From an uncultured Methanosarcinales archaeon (GTDB taxonomy: Archaea > Nanobdellota > Nanobdellia > Woesearchaeales > GW2011-AR9): a DNA stretch of 64,000 nt. The position numbers and the translations under genes are program-made. Where the stretch lies: contig CAZWBB010000004.1 in NCBI GenBank assembly GCA_964632045.1, positions 18,615 through 82,614 on the forward strand. Direction: 5' to 3'. The notes beneath the pieces were generated by a model. It saw nothing but the letters and a program-made list of their open reading frames with translations. It had not been told where the DNA came from and did not search any database. Of this stretch, positions 1-9,673 are shown in pieces; position 1 is the first letter of the stretch; every line of letters begins with the position of its first letter.

Positions 1-3000
1 AAAAGTAGGAAATTACGGAATGAGAGGGTTAGGGAACTGGAAGAGCAGGGTGTTCTGAAAAGCAAAGCACATTCGATTGTCGATCAGGAGTTAGCTGTTA
101 TGGAAGGGACTTTGGAAAAAATAGGTATTAAAGGATATGAGCCAATGAAGTATAACCCATATGATGCGGGAATAGGGGTAGGGTATGAGTCTGATGCCAA
201 AGGATTGGTGACCTTGATGAATGGCCAAGAGATAGATTTGATTTCAGGTTTTGGTTATAGGATTACTGATCAAGCAGCTATCGACAGGGGATTTTTTGAA
301 GTAGCTCCAGGTGTTGTTGTGGACGTAGTACCAACACCAGATGGGAGAGGGCATAGAGTAGTATTATTCGACCTTGATGATGCGGGTAATCCAACCATTT
401 CAAAATTTTTCGAAGAGGGGGAGGAAGGAGTAAATTTCATGACTACAGATGCACTTCGGGCAAAATATACTTTTGAAAAAAGAGCAGATAGACTAGCTTT
501 GTTGGATGAAATTGATGAGGGTGTAGTTCCCCTAAGCGCGGAAGACATGTTTGACGTAAGGTCTCTTGAATCGGGTCCAGCTCGTCCTCCTGCTACCATA
601 CCTGATAGAATTTGGGTATCTGACATTGATAATCAAGCAACGATTGATTTCCTCACTGAAAATGGTTTTGTCAACCCTGACGGCACCGTTGTATTAAGAC
701 GGCCAGAGCCAAAGGCTTCAAAAAGTCTTAAAGACCAGGTAGGTACTGATTTGGAAGGTACGATCATTGACGATCTTAACCTGTATCAGGCGACTAAGGT
801 GATGGACAGTCACGGAAATTGGTGGTATCTTAAGTTAGGGTTGGATGGTGGATTTGAGCAGAAGATTGGGACAGTATATAGCATGCGTGATACAGTACGT
901 AGACATAAAGCCATGGAGAATATCCTTCGTAATATATTCGGTTTACCCGTACCGGAAACCAGGATTCTGCGTACAGCAGACGGTCTGACTATCATGGCTT
1001 CTCCTGCGTTGGACTCTTATACCTCTTTGGAGAAAGGAGAAGTACCCGAACTTCTTGCGCAATTCGTCGCTAATAATGGTCTTGGTCCCGAAGATGCAGC
1101 AAGATTACAGCGTGAAGCAGATTTGTATACCGCGTTACATGCAAAGTTCAGGATTGGCGATGCGGAACTGGGAGTGGCTTATTTTGACGGGATACCTCAC
1201 ATTGTATCTGTCGATAATGAGGTGGCTTTGGCTGGAATGCGTGTTGGGGAGATGATAAATGTTCTGCTTCATGATTTGATGGGAGTCCGCGATGAAACTG
1301 AAGTAATATCGAATGACAGGGTATTTGGCAGCCGTAGAAAGGGGCGATATTTTGGAGAAGTTAATGAAATTGATAGAGAATTATTTGAAAGTGATTTCGC
1401 TGATCATATTGCCATGATCGGGGATCGTGTTGATGGCCCTGATGGTGCTCAGAGGATGCGCAAAGAACTACTAGATGCGGGTTATTCAAAGTCTGAGGTA
1501 GATACGCTTGTAAGAGATATTCAGGATGTTGATGTACGCCATGACTTAGAGACGATAGTAAGAGGGAACGGTGAGGCTGTAGTTTCCGCAGATGGAAAGT
1601 TACGTACTAAGAGCGATTATATTGCCTTTAGGGAAACTGATGAAGGGGATCTTCTGTTCAGGAAGCATAGAAATGAAGTGGTTGCCGAAGCTAGGCAGTT
1701 GGAAGGAGAGGCAAAAGTCAGAAAAGCGGCTGAGTTTCCCGTAGATGAGACTGGTGCCGTACAAAGAAATGTCGTTAACTCAGAGATGATGGATCCTTGT
1801 CCAATCGCTGGGAGAGCAACAGGGATGGCTATGCCTTGTGGTCTCGGTGTTTCTCCCGGTAATTTGAAAGGAAGAAGAGTAAGTATCCAATCGGTCGAAG
1901 GCGGTTCTATCAATGGTGAGTATATGGGTCAGATGGGAGATCAACTGTATCTTAGGCTAGATAATGGTAATGTGAGAGTGCTGGATACCAATCAACTGGA
2001 TATTCATAGTATGGAGGAAGTACCGCTTCCCAAACAGGACACTATGGTTGAGGTTCGCACAGCTGATGGTCCGCTAAGGGGAAAATTCCAAGGTGTTGAT
2101 GAAGAGAATGGCCTTCTATTTGTTGAGGTGAACGGTGAAGTTAGGATTTTTGATGAACAGGAAGTCGCCTTTGCCAGCCTGCGGGAGTTACCGTCCAAAT
2201 CTAAAGTGGCAGCAAAAATTGCTAAGAATCGTCTAACTGGACAGACTTATGTCGGCCAGGGGCCACGCAAGGTTGTATTTAATCCCCAGAACATCAAAAA
2301 GTCTGGCCTAGATCTTGGGGAAGGTGAAACTCTTGTCGCTATGCATATAGATGGACAGACAGGAGAGGTTCGTCTACTTGATCCAACCAGAACATCTTCC
2401 GCCTCCGTGAAGGATGGAGATATTGTTACAAAGGTTAAAGTGAATAATAGAGGAAGAATCATCGAAGTGGAGGGGACGAGAATATCTCGCGCCGGCCAGC
2501 TTGAGAAAGTTGCAGAAGGCTCGGACTTTGGGGAGTATGTGAAATCCACAGCAAGAGAATTTAATGAGGAGTTCTTTCCTTCCTCGCGTATCCCTCCGGC
2601 AAGGACATCAGACGTGGCAAATATTCAGTCGGGAAAGAGGGGATATACTGCTGTGGGTGATTTACATGGCAGTTATGATAACCTCATGGATGACCTTAAC
2701 TTTGATCCAGACAATCCTCTTATTCGAGGTGATCCAGATGATATTGACAGTTGGCAATGGACTGGTGGGGATGCTGTTATTGTTCAGTCAGGAGATATTT
2801 ATGATAGAGGTCCGGATTCTTTGGCCATCCGAGAAGCGATGAACAAGTTGGATGGTCAAGCCAGGCGGCAGGGAGGTAGGGTGGTCCGCTTGATGGGCAA
2901 CCATGAGTTGGGCTTTGTTGATGGAAGTCCATTCATATCAATGTCCGAAGTTAATGAGATTATTGAGAGCGGCAGGGATGTGAGAGCTTACATTGACATG

Positions 3001-5976
3001 GTAAGAGGTCATATTCTGGAAGATGTCAAAGAAGGAAGAATAGTTGCAGCAACAGTAGTCAACGGAGAATTATTTACACATGCTGGTGTAAGCTTCCGCA
3101 AGTTTCCGGAATTTAGGGGTTTGTCTCCGCAAGGTGTTGCGGAGGAAATCAACAGGCGTTTTGTAAGAGCGATGGAATCCGGTGATTTTTCTGACCCCAT
3201 ATTTGATATTGGTATTACCGGAAGATTGGGGGAGGAAGGAGTAGCTCAGATTAAAGCCAATCCTGCCCTTCTCGATGATCCCGAGAATATTGGGGGTGTC
3301 TTCTGGGTGCGCAGAGCTGAGACGAAGGACTTACAGGATTTCAACCCAGCCAAGCACCGTAAGCGGGGTTATGCTCAATATACCGGTCATGAGGCCAAGC
3401 GGACAAAAGACGTGCAGGGGATTGAGGTTGTTGATTTGGGCGATGATGCTTTTGGTAATCCTGTCAAGTTGGGCAACCTTGATGTTGGCAGGACCAAAGC
3501 TTACGGGGGAGGTAAAGGTAGATTATCCAGAAGCGGTGATGATGCATTTGAGAATCTTATGGACAGAGGACTTATCCGGGATGAAGGAATACCTACAACA
3601 CAACAAAGAGCTGGCGAGGGAAGCGTAGTCAATGGCGAACTGATCAATCCTGATGTGGCCCAACCGTGCGTCCGTGTTGTGGGGGGAGCGATACATGGCT
3701 TTGCCGTCGGTTGTCCGGTCGGTTATTGGGACCCGGGCGATGAATTCCCCATCACCACATTAGCAGAGGCAAGAGCAGAAAGTGTTGTAAGATCAGACCC
3801 TGCTGATGTCTCTCACCTGGTCAGTCTTGTTGGTACGGAATCTGAGAGACTGGGGGTGGATCTGCGCTGGGGGGCAGACATCGATCCAGCGGTTGTGGCG
3901 CGGATGGATCCTGAAATAAAGCAGACAATATATGAGGCCTTCCGCGCTAATCCAGAGGAAACACTACGTAAGCTTGATCCTGAACTTGTCGATGAAGTAC
4001 TTGCTGAAAGAGGGATAGACTTGTTAGATTATCTGGAAGCTGCAGAGGATTTCGTTCCTGTCCCATTGCTGGAAGATGTCCGTGAGGGTAGGGTCGCTAG
4101 AAAAGTTATCCCTGCTTCTGGTGATGAAGCTGAGCTTAGAGCTGCTATAGGTACGTTGGAAGAAGCAAGGGGAAGGGTTGCCCGTGAAGGTTTACCAAAG
4201 AGAGAAGTACAATCTGATCTGCCAATTGATGACGATCATCTTGAGGTCGAATCGTTTGCAGGATACCGGGAAAGGGTTGCCCGTGAAGGTTTGCCCGAGG
4301 TAGAAGTGTTATATGGTGAAGAGAGATTCAGGGTTGCTACATTGGATGAAGTCAGAGCTGAGCGTCAAAGACCGCAAGTAGAATTGTCTGGTTGCCCATT
4401 TATCGGGAGAGCCATCGGTGGATGTCAGGGCAGGGGGACTGTGGGGGGAGTGGCTTGTGAGAAGACGGATGGAGTTGGTTGGCGTAGGTTGGATGGTGAG
4501 GAGATTACTCTGGAGCAGGTTGTTGCATTGGAATCTACTGACAGTGGTGTTGATCTGTTTGCTGGTGGAGGAAGACTTCCTGCTGATGCTGTTGGAGGGA
4601 TTGATCCAACTGTGAGAACAGCGATTGCTGACGCTTTTAGGGATGATCCTATCAGTGTATCTGGCAAAGTCAACAACAACATTCTTGGCAAGATGGGACT
4701 TGGCGGAAGGGAAGAGTTTGAATCAGCGTTAAGGGAGCAAGGTAGGGTAGCAGCCTTGTTAGATCAAGCATTACAAGATGGCTTCTCCGTTGGTATACAT
4801 CCAGGGACAGGCGAGATTACTTCCGGAACGCGAGGTGCACAGTACATAAACGGACGTTATGGAGTAGTTGTTGATGACAGCGCAGGAATCACAACAGTTC
4901 TTTATGAGAGTGGCGGCCAGATTCATGTTGCAGAGAAAGGCATGTTCTTTGATGATTTTGATGGAAGGTCCCTGGTAAGTCGTCTAAATGATGATCCTCA
5001 AGTTCAGTCAGACTTAGAGCGAATTGCCTCGGGACTAGAGATGCGTGGGGGGAGAGAGTTGAGAAGTGATATGGGCATTATTTCAGAGATAAGAAAGATG
5101 CATGGGAGAGATGCTCCAAGATATGAGGGTTTTTTTCCTGAAGATGTGCTGGAAGAGAACAGGGAAGCCTACCGGCAACTGCGAAGGGCCATGGCGGAAG
5201 ATCCACCTGATGCAATCTTCACCATTGAAAGGGGAGGAGGATTCATTGGAGAAAGTCTTGTAGAAGGGACTGTTTTCGCAGATAAATTATCAAAAGTCCC
5301 GAAATTTCGCCCTGGAAGTACAAGGGTTGGGGTAGATGTTCCTGATTTGGATCTTCTTAGAGAGAATATTCAGAAGTCGATTGATTCTGGCTCTACCACT
5401 ATATTCATCTCTAATAGTTACGGTAGCGGGGTCTTCAATGGAGGGGATTTGAAATCTCAAGTTATTGATCCCCTACTTAGGGAAAATCCTGGAGTTAAGC
5501 TGGATCTGGAAGTAAGGGATTATGAATACTTCAGACAGAAGTTGCAGGAAAAGATTGATGCAGGAGAGACAAAGCTTGCCATTACTGATACTTATTTTGG
5601 AGGTAGGTTCTCCAGAGAATTAAGAAGTAAAGTAGTGAAGCCTTTGCTAAGAAGTAATCCGGACATTGAAATAGATATATACTGGATGAGGGAGACATTT
5701 GGATTTGAACCTCTCTCGGCGGAAGGAATGCCCACCCTCACGCCATTCCAAGGATCAATAAAACCCACTTCTCCTTACGCATCCAGAGTAGAAGTCCACG
5801 AAGCCCGTACACGAGTCGTACTGGGTGATGATATGGACCTGATTTTTGATGGTTCTGATGACCCTTTAGTAATTTTTGATTCCGAAGGAAAAGTGGAACG
5901 ATTAGTACGACCTGAGACAACATCCCGCGAAGCCCTGGTTAATCTGCTGACGGAAGGTTCAGAGCAATCTAATTAA
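1..5976 (+). CDS. Giant multidomain protein (at least 1958 aa) with a central PPP-family (calcineurin-like) Ser/Thr phosphatase domain. The reading frame stays open back to base 1, so the N-terminus probably lies upstream of the window.
   Basis: ORF 100..5976 has no in-frame stop between 1 and 99. Motifs GDLHGSYDNL, GDIYDRGPDS and GNHE (GDxHG / GDxxDRG / GNHE) appear in order around aa 850-960. An internal RVAREGLP tandem repeat lies near 4170-4300. Confidence 0.6.
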   Translation, partial: KSRKLRNERVRELEEQGVLKSKAHSIVDQELAVMEGTLEKIGIKGYEPMKYNPYDAGIGVGYESDAKGLVTLMNGQEIDLISGFGYRITDQAAIDRGFFEVAPGVVVDVVPTPDGRGHRVVLFDLDDAGNPTISKFFEEGEEGVNFMTTDALRAKYTFEKRADRLALLDEIDEGVVPLSAEDMFDVRSLESGPARPPATIPDRIWVSDIDNQATIDFLTENGFVNPDGTVVLRRPEPKASKSLKDQVGTDLEGTIIDDLNLYQATKVMDSHGNWWYLKLGLDGGFEQKIGTVYSMRDTVRRHKAMENILRNIFGLPVPETRILRTADGLTIMASPALDSYTSLEKGEVPELLAQFVANNGLGPEDAARLQREADLYTALHAKFRIGDAELGVAYFDGIPHIVSVDNEVALAGMRVGEMINVLLHDLMGVRDETEVISNDRVFGSRRKGRYFGEVNEIDRELFESDFADHIAMIGDRVDGPDGAQRMRKELLDAGYSKSEVDTLVRDIQDVDVRHDLETIVRGNGEAVVSADGKLRTKSDYIAFRETDEGDLLFRKHRNEVVAEARQLEGEAKVRKAAEFPVDETGAVQRNVVNSEMMDPCPIAGRATGMAMPCGLGVSPGNLKGRRVSIQSVEGGSINGEYMGQMGDQLYLRLDNGNVRVLDTNQLDIHSMEEVPLPKQDTMVEVRTADGPLRGKFQGVDEENGLLFVEVNGEVRIFDEQEVAFASLRELPSKSKVAAKIAKNRLTGQTYVGQGPRKVVFNPQNIKKSGLDLGEGETLVAMHIDGQTGEVRLLDPTRTSSASVKDGDIVTKVKVNNRGRIIEVEGTRISRAGQLEKVAEGSDFGEYVKSTAREFNEEFFPSSRIPPARTSDVANIQSGKRGYTAVGDLHGSYDNLMDDLNFDPDNPLIRGDPDDIDSWQWTGGDAVIVQSGDIYDRGPDSLAIREAMNKLDGQARRQGGRVVRLMGNHELGFVDGSPFISMSEVNEIIESGRDVRAYIDMVRGHILEDVKEGRIVAATVVNGELFTHAGVSFRKFPEFRGLSPQGVAEEINRRFVRAMESGDFSDPIFDIGITGRLGEEGVAQIKANPALLDDPENIGGVFWVRRAETKDLQDFNPAKHRKRGYAQYTGHEAKRTKDVQGIEVVDLGDDAFGNPVKLGNLDVGRTKAYGGGKGRLSRSGDDAFENLMDRGLIRDEGIPTTQQRAGEGSVVNGELINPDVAQPCVRVVGGAIHGFAVGCPVGYWDPGDEFPITTLAEARAESVVRSDPADVSHLVSLVGTESERLGVDLRWGADIDPAVVARMDPEIKQTIYEAFRANPEETLRKLDPELVDEVLAERGIDLLDYLEAAEDFVPVPLLEDVREGRVARKVIPASGDEAELRAAIGTLEEARGRVAREGLPKREVQSDLPIDDDHLEVESFAGYRERVAREGLPEVEVLYGEERFRVATLDEVRAERQRPQVELSGCPFIGRAIGGCQGRGTVGGVACEKTDGVGWRRLDGEEITLEQVVALESTDSGVDLFAGGGRLPADAVGGIDPTVRTAIADAFRDDPISVSGKVNNNILGKMGLGGREEFESALREQGRVAALLDQALQDGFSVGIHPGTGEITSGTRGAQYINGRYGVVVDDSAGITTVLYESGGQIHVAEKGMFFDDFDGRSLVSRLNDDPQVQSDLERIASGLEMRGGRELRSDMGIISEIRKMHGRDAPRYEGFFPEDVLEENREAYRQLRRAMAEDPPDAIFTIERGGGFIGESLVEGTVFADKLSKVPKFRPGSTRVGVDVPDLDLLRENIQKSIDSGSTTIFISNSYGSGVFNGGDLKSQVIDPLLRENPGVKLDLEVRDYEYFRQKLQEKIDAGETKLAITDTYFGGRFSRELRSKVVKPLLRSNPDIEIDIYWMRETFGFEPLSAEGMPTLTPFQGSIKPTSPYASRVEVHEARTRVVLGDDMDLIFDGSDDPLVIFDSEGKVERLVRPETTSREALVNLLTEGSEQSN

Positions 5977-6843
5977 TCTTTCATAAAAGAGCTTCCTATC
6001 AAAATCGTAAAATGCAGTTATATTACCTCCTTCCATGGGTATACAATATAAAATATCGCCTTGTTTCCCACGTTCTTTTGTCAACCTGACCTCTTGTCCC
6101 TTGAAAATATCTGGAAACAAAAATGCTCCTACCGTGAGAGGATCACACAGTCTGAAAGAATCCCTTCCAGTGTAGGATAGGAAACAATCCGCTAATCCAG
6201 AGACGGCATCATGTAATTTTGACTTATTTGCTTTACTTCTAATCACTGCTGGATTTAGAAATAGGTCGTAAGTGATGTCACGAGGAAGCAGGGAGATCGG
6301 AATGTTCTGAGACGTAACATATTCAAAGGCCTTCCGGTCCCTCACGTAATTATGTTCTGGTTTGTGCAAATTATATTTGTTTCGGTAAAGCACTCCGCCC
6401 ATAAGGTAAATAGAATTGATTTTTGGAGCTATTGAGGGGTCTTTTAGTAGAGCATTTGCAAGATTTGTATTAGGTGCGAGAGAGATTAGATTGATTTCCT
6501 GAGGACTTTTGTGTATAGAGTCTATTATGAAATCAATTCCTTTGTCAGATATTCCAAACTCTACATCTTGCTCTTGCAAGTCCTTGTCAGAAAGGAATGA
6601 ATAGTCATAAACTGAGATGTAGTTCCCTTTTTTCTTCTTCAACTGGCCATCGTAGAAGACAGGAATCTCCTGTTTACCTGCCAGGTTGAGAATTTTCCTG
6701 GCAAATTTTGCTTTATCCCTAATATCTTCCTTTGTTGTGATGATCCCTTCCACTTGTATTTCAGGGGAATTGATTGCTAGAAGCATTGCTAGCAAGTCGT
6801 CAAAATCTCCACCAATATCCGTATTTATGATTACCTTTTGCAT
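5959..6843 (-). CDS. Inosine-uridine-preferring nucleoside hydrolase family protein
   Basis: N-terminal INTDIGGDFDDLLAMLLA matches the DTDPGxDD aspartate cluster of IU-nucleoside hydrolases. Length 294 aa. Its 3' end overlaps the giant ORF convergently by 18 nt. Confidence 0.6.
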   Translation of the reverse strand: MQKVIINTDIGGDFDDLLAMLLAINSPEIQVEGIITTKEDIRDKAKFARKILNLAGKQEIPVFYDGQLKKKKGNYISVYDYSFLSDKDLQEQDVEFGISDKGIDFIIDSIHKSPQEINLISLAPNTNLANALLKDPSIAPKINSIYLMGGVLYRNKYNLHKPEHNYVRDRKAFEYVTSQNIPISLLPRDITYDLFLNPAVIRSKANKSKLHDAVSGLADCFLSYTGRDSFRLCDPLTVGAFLFPDIFKGQEVRLTKERGKQGDILYCIPMEGGNITAFYDFDRKLFYERLIRLL

Positions 6844-7556
6844 ATTCTTTCTTTTGGTATTAGGCTGATGTAATTAATCCTTTCATTCTCTAGGGAGTCA
6901 GTAATGTTGCCTGAATGAATATGTAATACCCCTAGCAACTGGAATATTTTTGCTTGCTCTTCTAGCTTCTTGTAATTTCTTGTTGTGCCATTAATTAGAG
7001 GGATAATTCCTGTTGCTTTATGATAGCAGAAGTTCTCATCCCTCATTTGAAAAGTATCCATGTAATCCTGAACAGCTTGGTGATAAAGAGGATCTTCCCT
7101 ACAATAGTTCTCTTCTGCAAGCTTAAGTGCATTGGACGCTATCATGAACTCTGCTACATATTTATCCTTGTCATTGAAGATTGTCCTAATGCATTTTTCT
7201 ACAAGAAGTGGTTTTAACTTCCCAAAAAGGTTGTTATTATGGTAGTGTTCATACAATATCTCGATAGGTCCTCTCCCTTCACACATCAGCAAGTCCTTAT
7301 TGGATAAGTTTGGCCGCAGGATGTGAATCAACCTATCCTCTTGGTTGATTTTCTTGTCATTATGGCTAAAACCAAGCAAAACAACCGAAGGTGCTTCTCC
7401 TGAAACAGAATGTATGATATAACCATTCTGGTGGGCGGTCTCTACGAGCTTTTGTGAAAAAGGATCCAGCTCAAAGAAGTCAAAGTCTATTTCTTTTGGC
7501 TCAGAGTGTAGGTTTGCTTCTAGTTCCAGTAATTTAGTAACAATGTTGGGTTTCAT
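6831..7556 (-). CDS. Hypothetical protein (241 aa). Its C-terminal 50 aa are duplicated as a fragment at 8676-8867.
   Basis: Long ORF with an ATGA overlap to the upstream ORF. No recognisable motif. Confidence 0.45.
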   Translation of the reverse strand: MKPNIVTKLLELEANLHSEPKEIDFDFFELDPFSQKLVETAHQNGYIIHSVSGEAPSVVLLGFSHNDKKINQEDRLIHILRPNLSNKDLLMCEGRGPIEILYEHYHNNNLFGKLKPLLVEKCIRTIFNDKDKYVAEFMIASNALKLAEENYCREDPLYHQAVQDYMDTFQMRDENFCYHKATGIIPLINGTTRNYKKLEEQAKIFQLLGVLHIHSGNITDSLENERINYISLIPKERICKR

Positions 7557-7771
7557 TTGAAGATATACCTCACGCTTGGGTGTGAAGATTCTGGTCCTGT
7601 AAATGGATGGATCTCTCCAATGAGAATAACCTTTGGTTCTAAGACGCTTCCAGAGGTATAATAAGCATCTGCTGCCAAACAGGTCCCTTCTGTTGCCAAG
7701 AGAATAGCCTTTGCATAGCTACCTAATTCTACCTTGCCTTTTTCGAAACACGACCCCATTGTAATAAACAC
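7553..7771 (-). CDS. Hypothetical small protein (72 aa). It may be the N-terminal part of the 6831-7556 gene, split by a frameshift.
   Basis: 4-nt overlap with the downstream ORF on the same strand. Confidence 0.25.
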   Translation of the reverse strand: MFITMGSCFEKGKVELGSYAKAILLATEGTCLAADAYYTSGSVLEPKVILIGEIHPFTGPESSHPSVRYIFK

Positions 7772-7858
7772 TATGGGTCTGCTTATTTAAATCTTTCGGG
7801 AGATTGTCCTCTAGTAGTAGTCTTTTTTGTTTGTTGCCATCGCTGAGTCGTAGAAACA

Positions 7859-7866
7859 TTTAAATA
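7859..7866 (+). promoter_or_regulatory. TATA-box-like element (TTTAAATA) centred about 27 bp upstream of the ATG at 7889, implying a leaderless transcript
   Basis: AT-rich box at the archaeal TATA distance. There is no ribosome-binding site between the box and the ATG. Confidence 0.35.
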
Positions 7867-7888
7867 TGCTAACAGTTATAAGTTATCG

Positions 7889-8653
7889 ATGGTTAGAATA
7901 TTTTTTGTGGGGGATATTCATGGTCGAATTGATCAGATGTACGAAAAAGCACTCTCTTGGCAGGAAGATAATGGGAAAAAGCTAGATTTGATTATCCAAC
8001 TAGGTGATTTTGAGGTAGTGAGATTTGAGGAAGACATTCGTAACATCGTTGGGCCAAAGAAATATCGTCAATTGGGGGATTTCCATAAGTACTTCTCAGG
8101 TGAGAAATCGGCCCCTATTCCTACTTTTTTTGTGGGTGGCAATCATGAAAATTATGATTATCTGGATTTTCATTATCCGGAAGGTTTTGAAGTTGCGCTA
8201 AACATATTTTACTTAGGAAGATCTGGAGTTAAGGACATTAGTGGGCTGAGGATAGGCTATTTTAGTGGGATAGAAAGCTCACGTTATTTTGATACACCTA
8301 GAAAGTTTTCTAGCGAAAATGGCAAGGTCCATTCCAACAAGTCCCGCCGGAAAGCAATGTATTATAATGAAGATGAATTATCAAAGTTATATGGAGAAAA
8401 GATGGATATTCTTGTCGCTCACGAATTCCCTAAGATGAATCTCTTGGACGGGGAACCAAACCATGTAGACGATTTAGTTAGGAAGGTGAAACCAGTACAT
8501 TTCTTTGCAGGACACTTACATTGGCATCGGCAGAGGGACATCGAAGTCAATGGTCATACTATTAATGCAAGGATACTGGCTCAGATAGGTGATGGGGGCG
8601 ATTATGAAGTGTTGGAAATGGATGCGCAGGATTTTTGCGTGAATTGCTTGTGA
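7889..8653 (+). CDS. Calcineurin-like metallophosphoesterase, lariat-debranching-enzyme (Dbr1)-like
   Basis: VGDIHG ... LGDFEVVRFEEDIRNIVGPKKYRQLGDFHKYFSGEKSAPIPTFFVGGNHE closely follows the Dbr1 N-terminal pattern as I recall it (GDFQAVRNE.D...PPKYR...YYSGEK.AP..T.FIGGNHE), with a further HxH later in the protein. 254 aa. Confidence 0.65.
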   Translation: MVRIFFVGDIHGRIDQMYEKALSWQEDNGKKLDLIIQLGDFEVVRFEEDIRNIVGPKKYRQLGDFHKYFSGEKSAPIPTFFVGGNHENYDYLDFHYPEGFEVALNIFYLGRSGVKDISGLRIGYFSGIESSRYFDTPRKFSSENGKVHSNKSRRKAMYYNEDELSKLYGEKMDILVAHEFPKMNLLDGEPNHVDDLVRKVKPVHFFAGHLHWHRQRDIEVNGHTINARILAQIGDGGDYEVLEMDAQDFCVNCL

Positions 8654-8675
8654 ATCTACTAGCAGAGTATTCTTA

Positions 8676-8867
8676 TCACAGTATATCTGGATTAGGCATT
8701 AAACACAAGTAAGAAATATCTTCTTTTTCCAGGAAGTTGTTGATGTTCCCTGCCAAAGCATGGACACGACCTACCAACTGAAAGATTCTTCCTCCCTCCA
8801 ATTTCCTATAATTATGAGTGGTGCCAAGTATAAGTGGAATTATTCCGCTGGATTGATGGTCGCACAA
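8676..8867 (-). pseudogene. Truncated paralog fragment: 63 aa, about 55% identical to the C-terminus of the 6831-7556 protein
   Basis: SGIIPLILGTTHNYRKLEGGRIFQLVGRVHALAGNINNFLEKEDISYLCLMP compared with TGIIPLINGTTRNYKKLEEQAKIFQLLGVLHIHSGNITDSLENERINYISLIP. Confidence 0.4.
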
Positions 8868-8868
8868 A

Positions 8869-9582
8869 TTACGGTCTCTTGCTCGTAGTGCTGGCCTGTT
8901 CCTTCACACATAAGGATATCTCCCTCTTGCGTTGTGGAAGATGGTCCTCGCCCGGTTCGTTCTCCCCAAAACTCACCTCTCCCGCTTTCAGTAGTCGGAC
9001 AAAATCTTTCATATTACTAACTTCCCCTGCAATAGTCGTATAGGCACGACCAACCCTGCTGGCATAATGTGCGTCAGATCCGCCCACGACTGGAATGTTA
9101 TGTTCTCTGGCAAATTCCAACATCCTGCCGTTCTGCTCAACATCGCATTTTGAATTATATTCCAGGGCAGCGAAGTGTTGATGATATTCATGAAGCATAT
9201 CTCCAATACTGTCATCATAGCCTTTGAAAGGGTGGGCTGCCACCAAAGCCCAATCCTTCTGTTCAGCGATTCCGGCGATCACTGAAAGAGGGATCTTTTT
9301 TGTCGGGATATATTCGTCAGATTTGATGCCATAGATCAGCACATGTCCCTCCCTTGTCTTATATTCCACGCCACGTAAGATCAGCAGATCGCTGTCGCCA
9401 ATTTTCTCCCACGGCTCACTGGCATCATACGAATTGTGTTCCGTGATTATCACTCCATCAAGACCCAGACGCTTGGCCTTAGCGATTATCTCTTTTGGTT
9501 GACTGATGGAATCATGGCTGTACATACTGTGAACGTGAATATCAAACTTCACTGTACAAACTGTTCCGACCCCCATACACAT
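8869..9582 (-). CDS. PHP-domain metal-dependent phosphoesterase
   Basis: N-terminal FDIHVHSMYSHDS ... GLDGVIITEHN ... GSDAH is a PHP (polymerase/histidinol-phosphatase) motif pattern. 237 aa. Confidence 0.65.
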   Translation of the reverse strand: MCMGVGTVCTVKFDIHVHSMYSHDSISQPKEIIAKAKRLGLDGVIITEHNSYDASEPWEKIGDSDLLILRGVEYKTREGHVLIYGIKSDEYIPTKKIPLSVIAGIAEQKDWALVAAHPFKGYDDSIGDMLHEYHQHFAALEYNSKCDVEQNGRMLEFAREHNIPVVGGSDAHYASRVGRAYTTIAGEVSNMKDFVRLLKAGEVSFGENEPGEDHLPQRKREISLCVKEQASTTSKRP

Positions 9583-9673
9583 AATAGGAAGACTTTCTTT
9601 TATAAATGTTTCCCATTAACTACTTCAAAATAGTCTCGCATTAGTAAAACTTATAAATGTGGGCTCATAACAT

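Noticed and set aside
4170-4300. Tandem DNA repeat (AAGGGTTGCCCGTGAAGGTTTRCC, twice) inside the giant gene as a possible mobile or insertion scar
   Set aside because: Both copies are in-frame and encode a repeated RVAREGLP peptide. It is an intragenic protein repeat, not a mobile-element boundary.
270-5923. Short ORFs on both strands inside the giant 1..5976 gene (e.g. 270-626, 1617-1913, 2564-2842, 4425-4691)
   Set aside because: Fully contained within a well-supported long ORF that has a strong phosphatase motif. Treated as frame artefacts.
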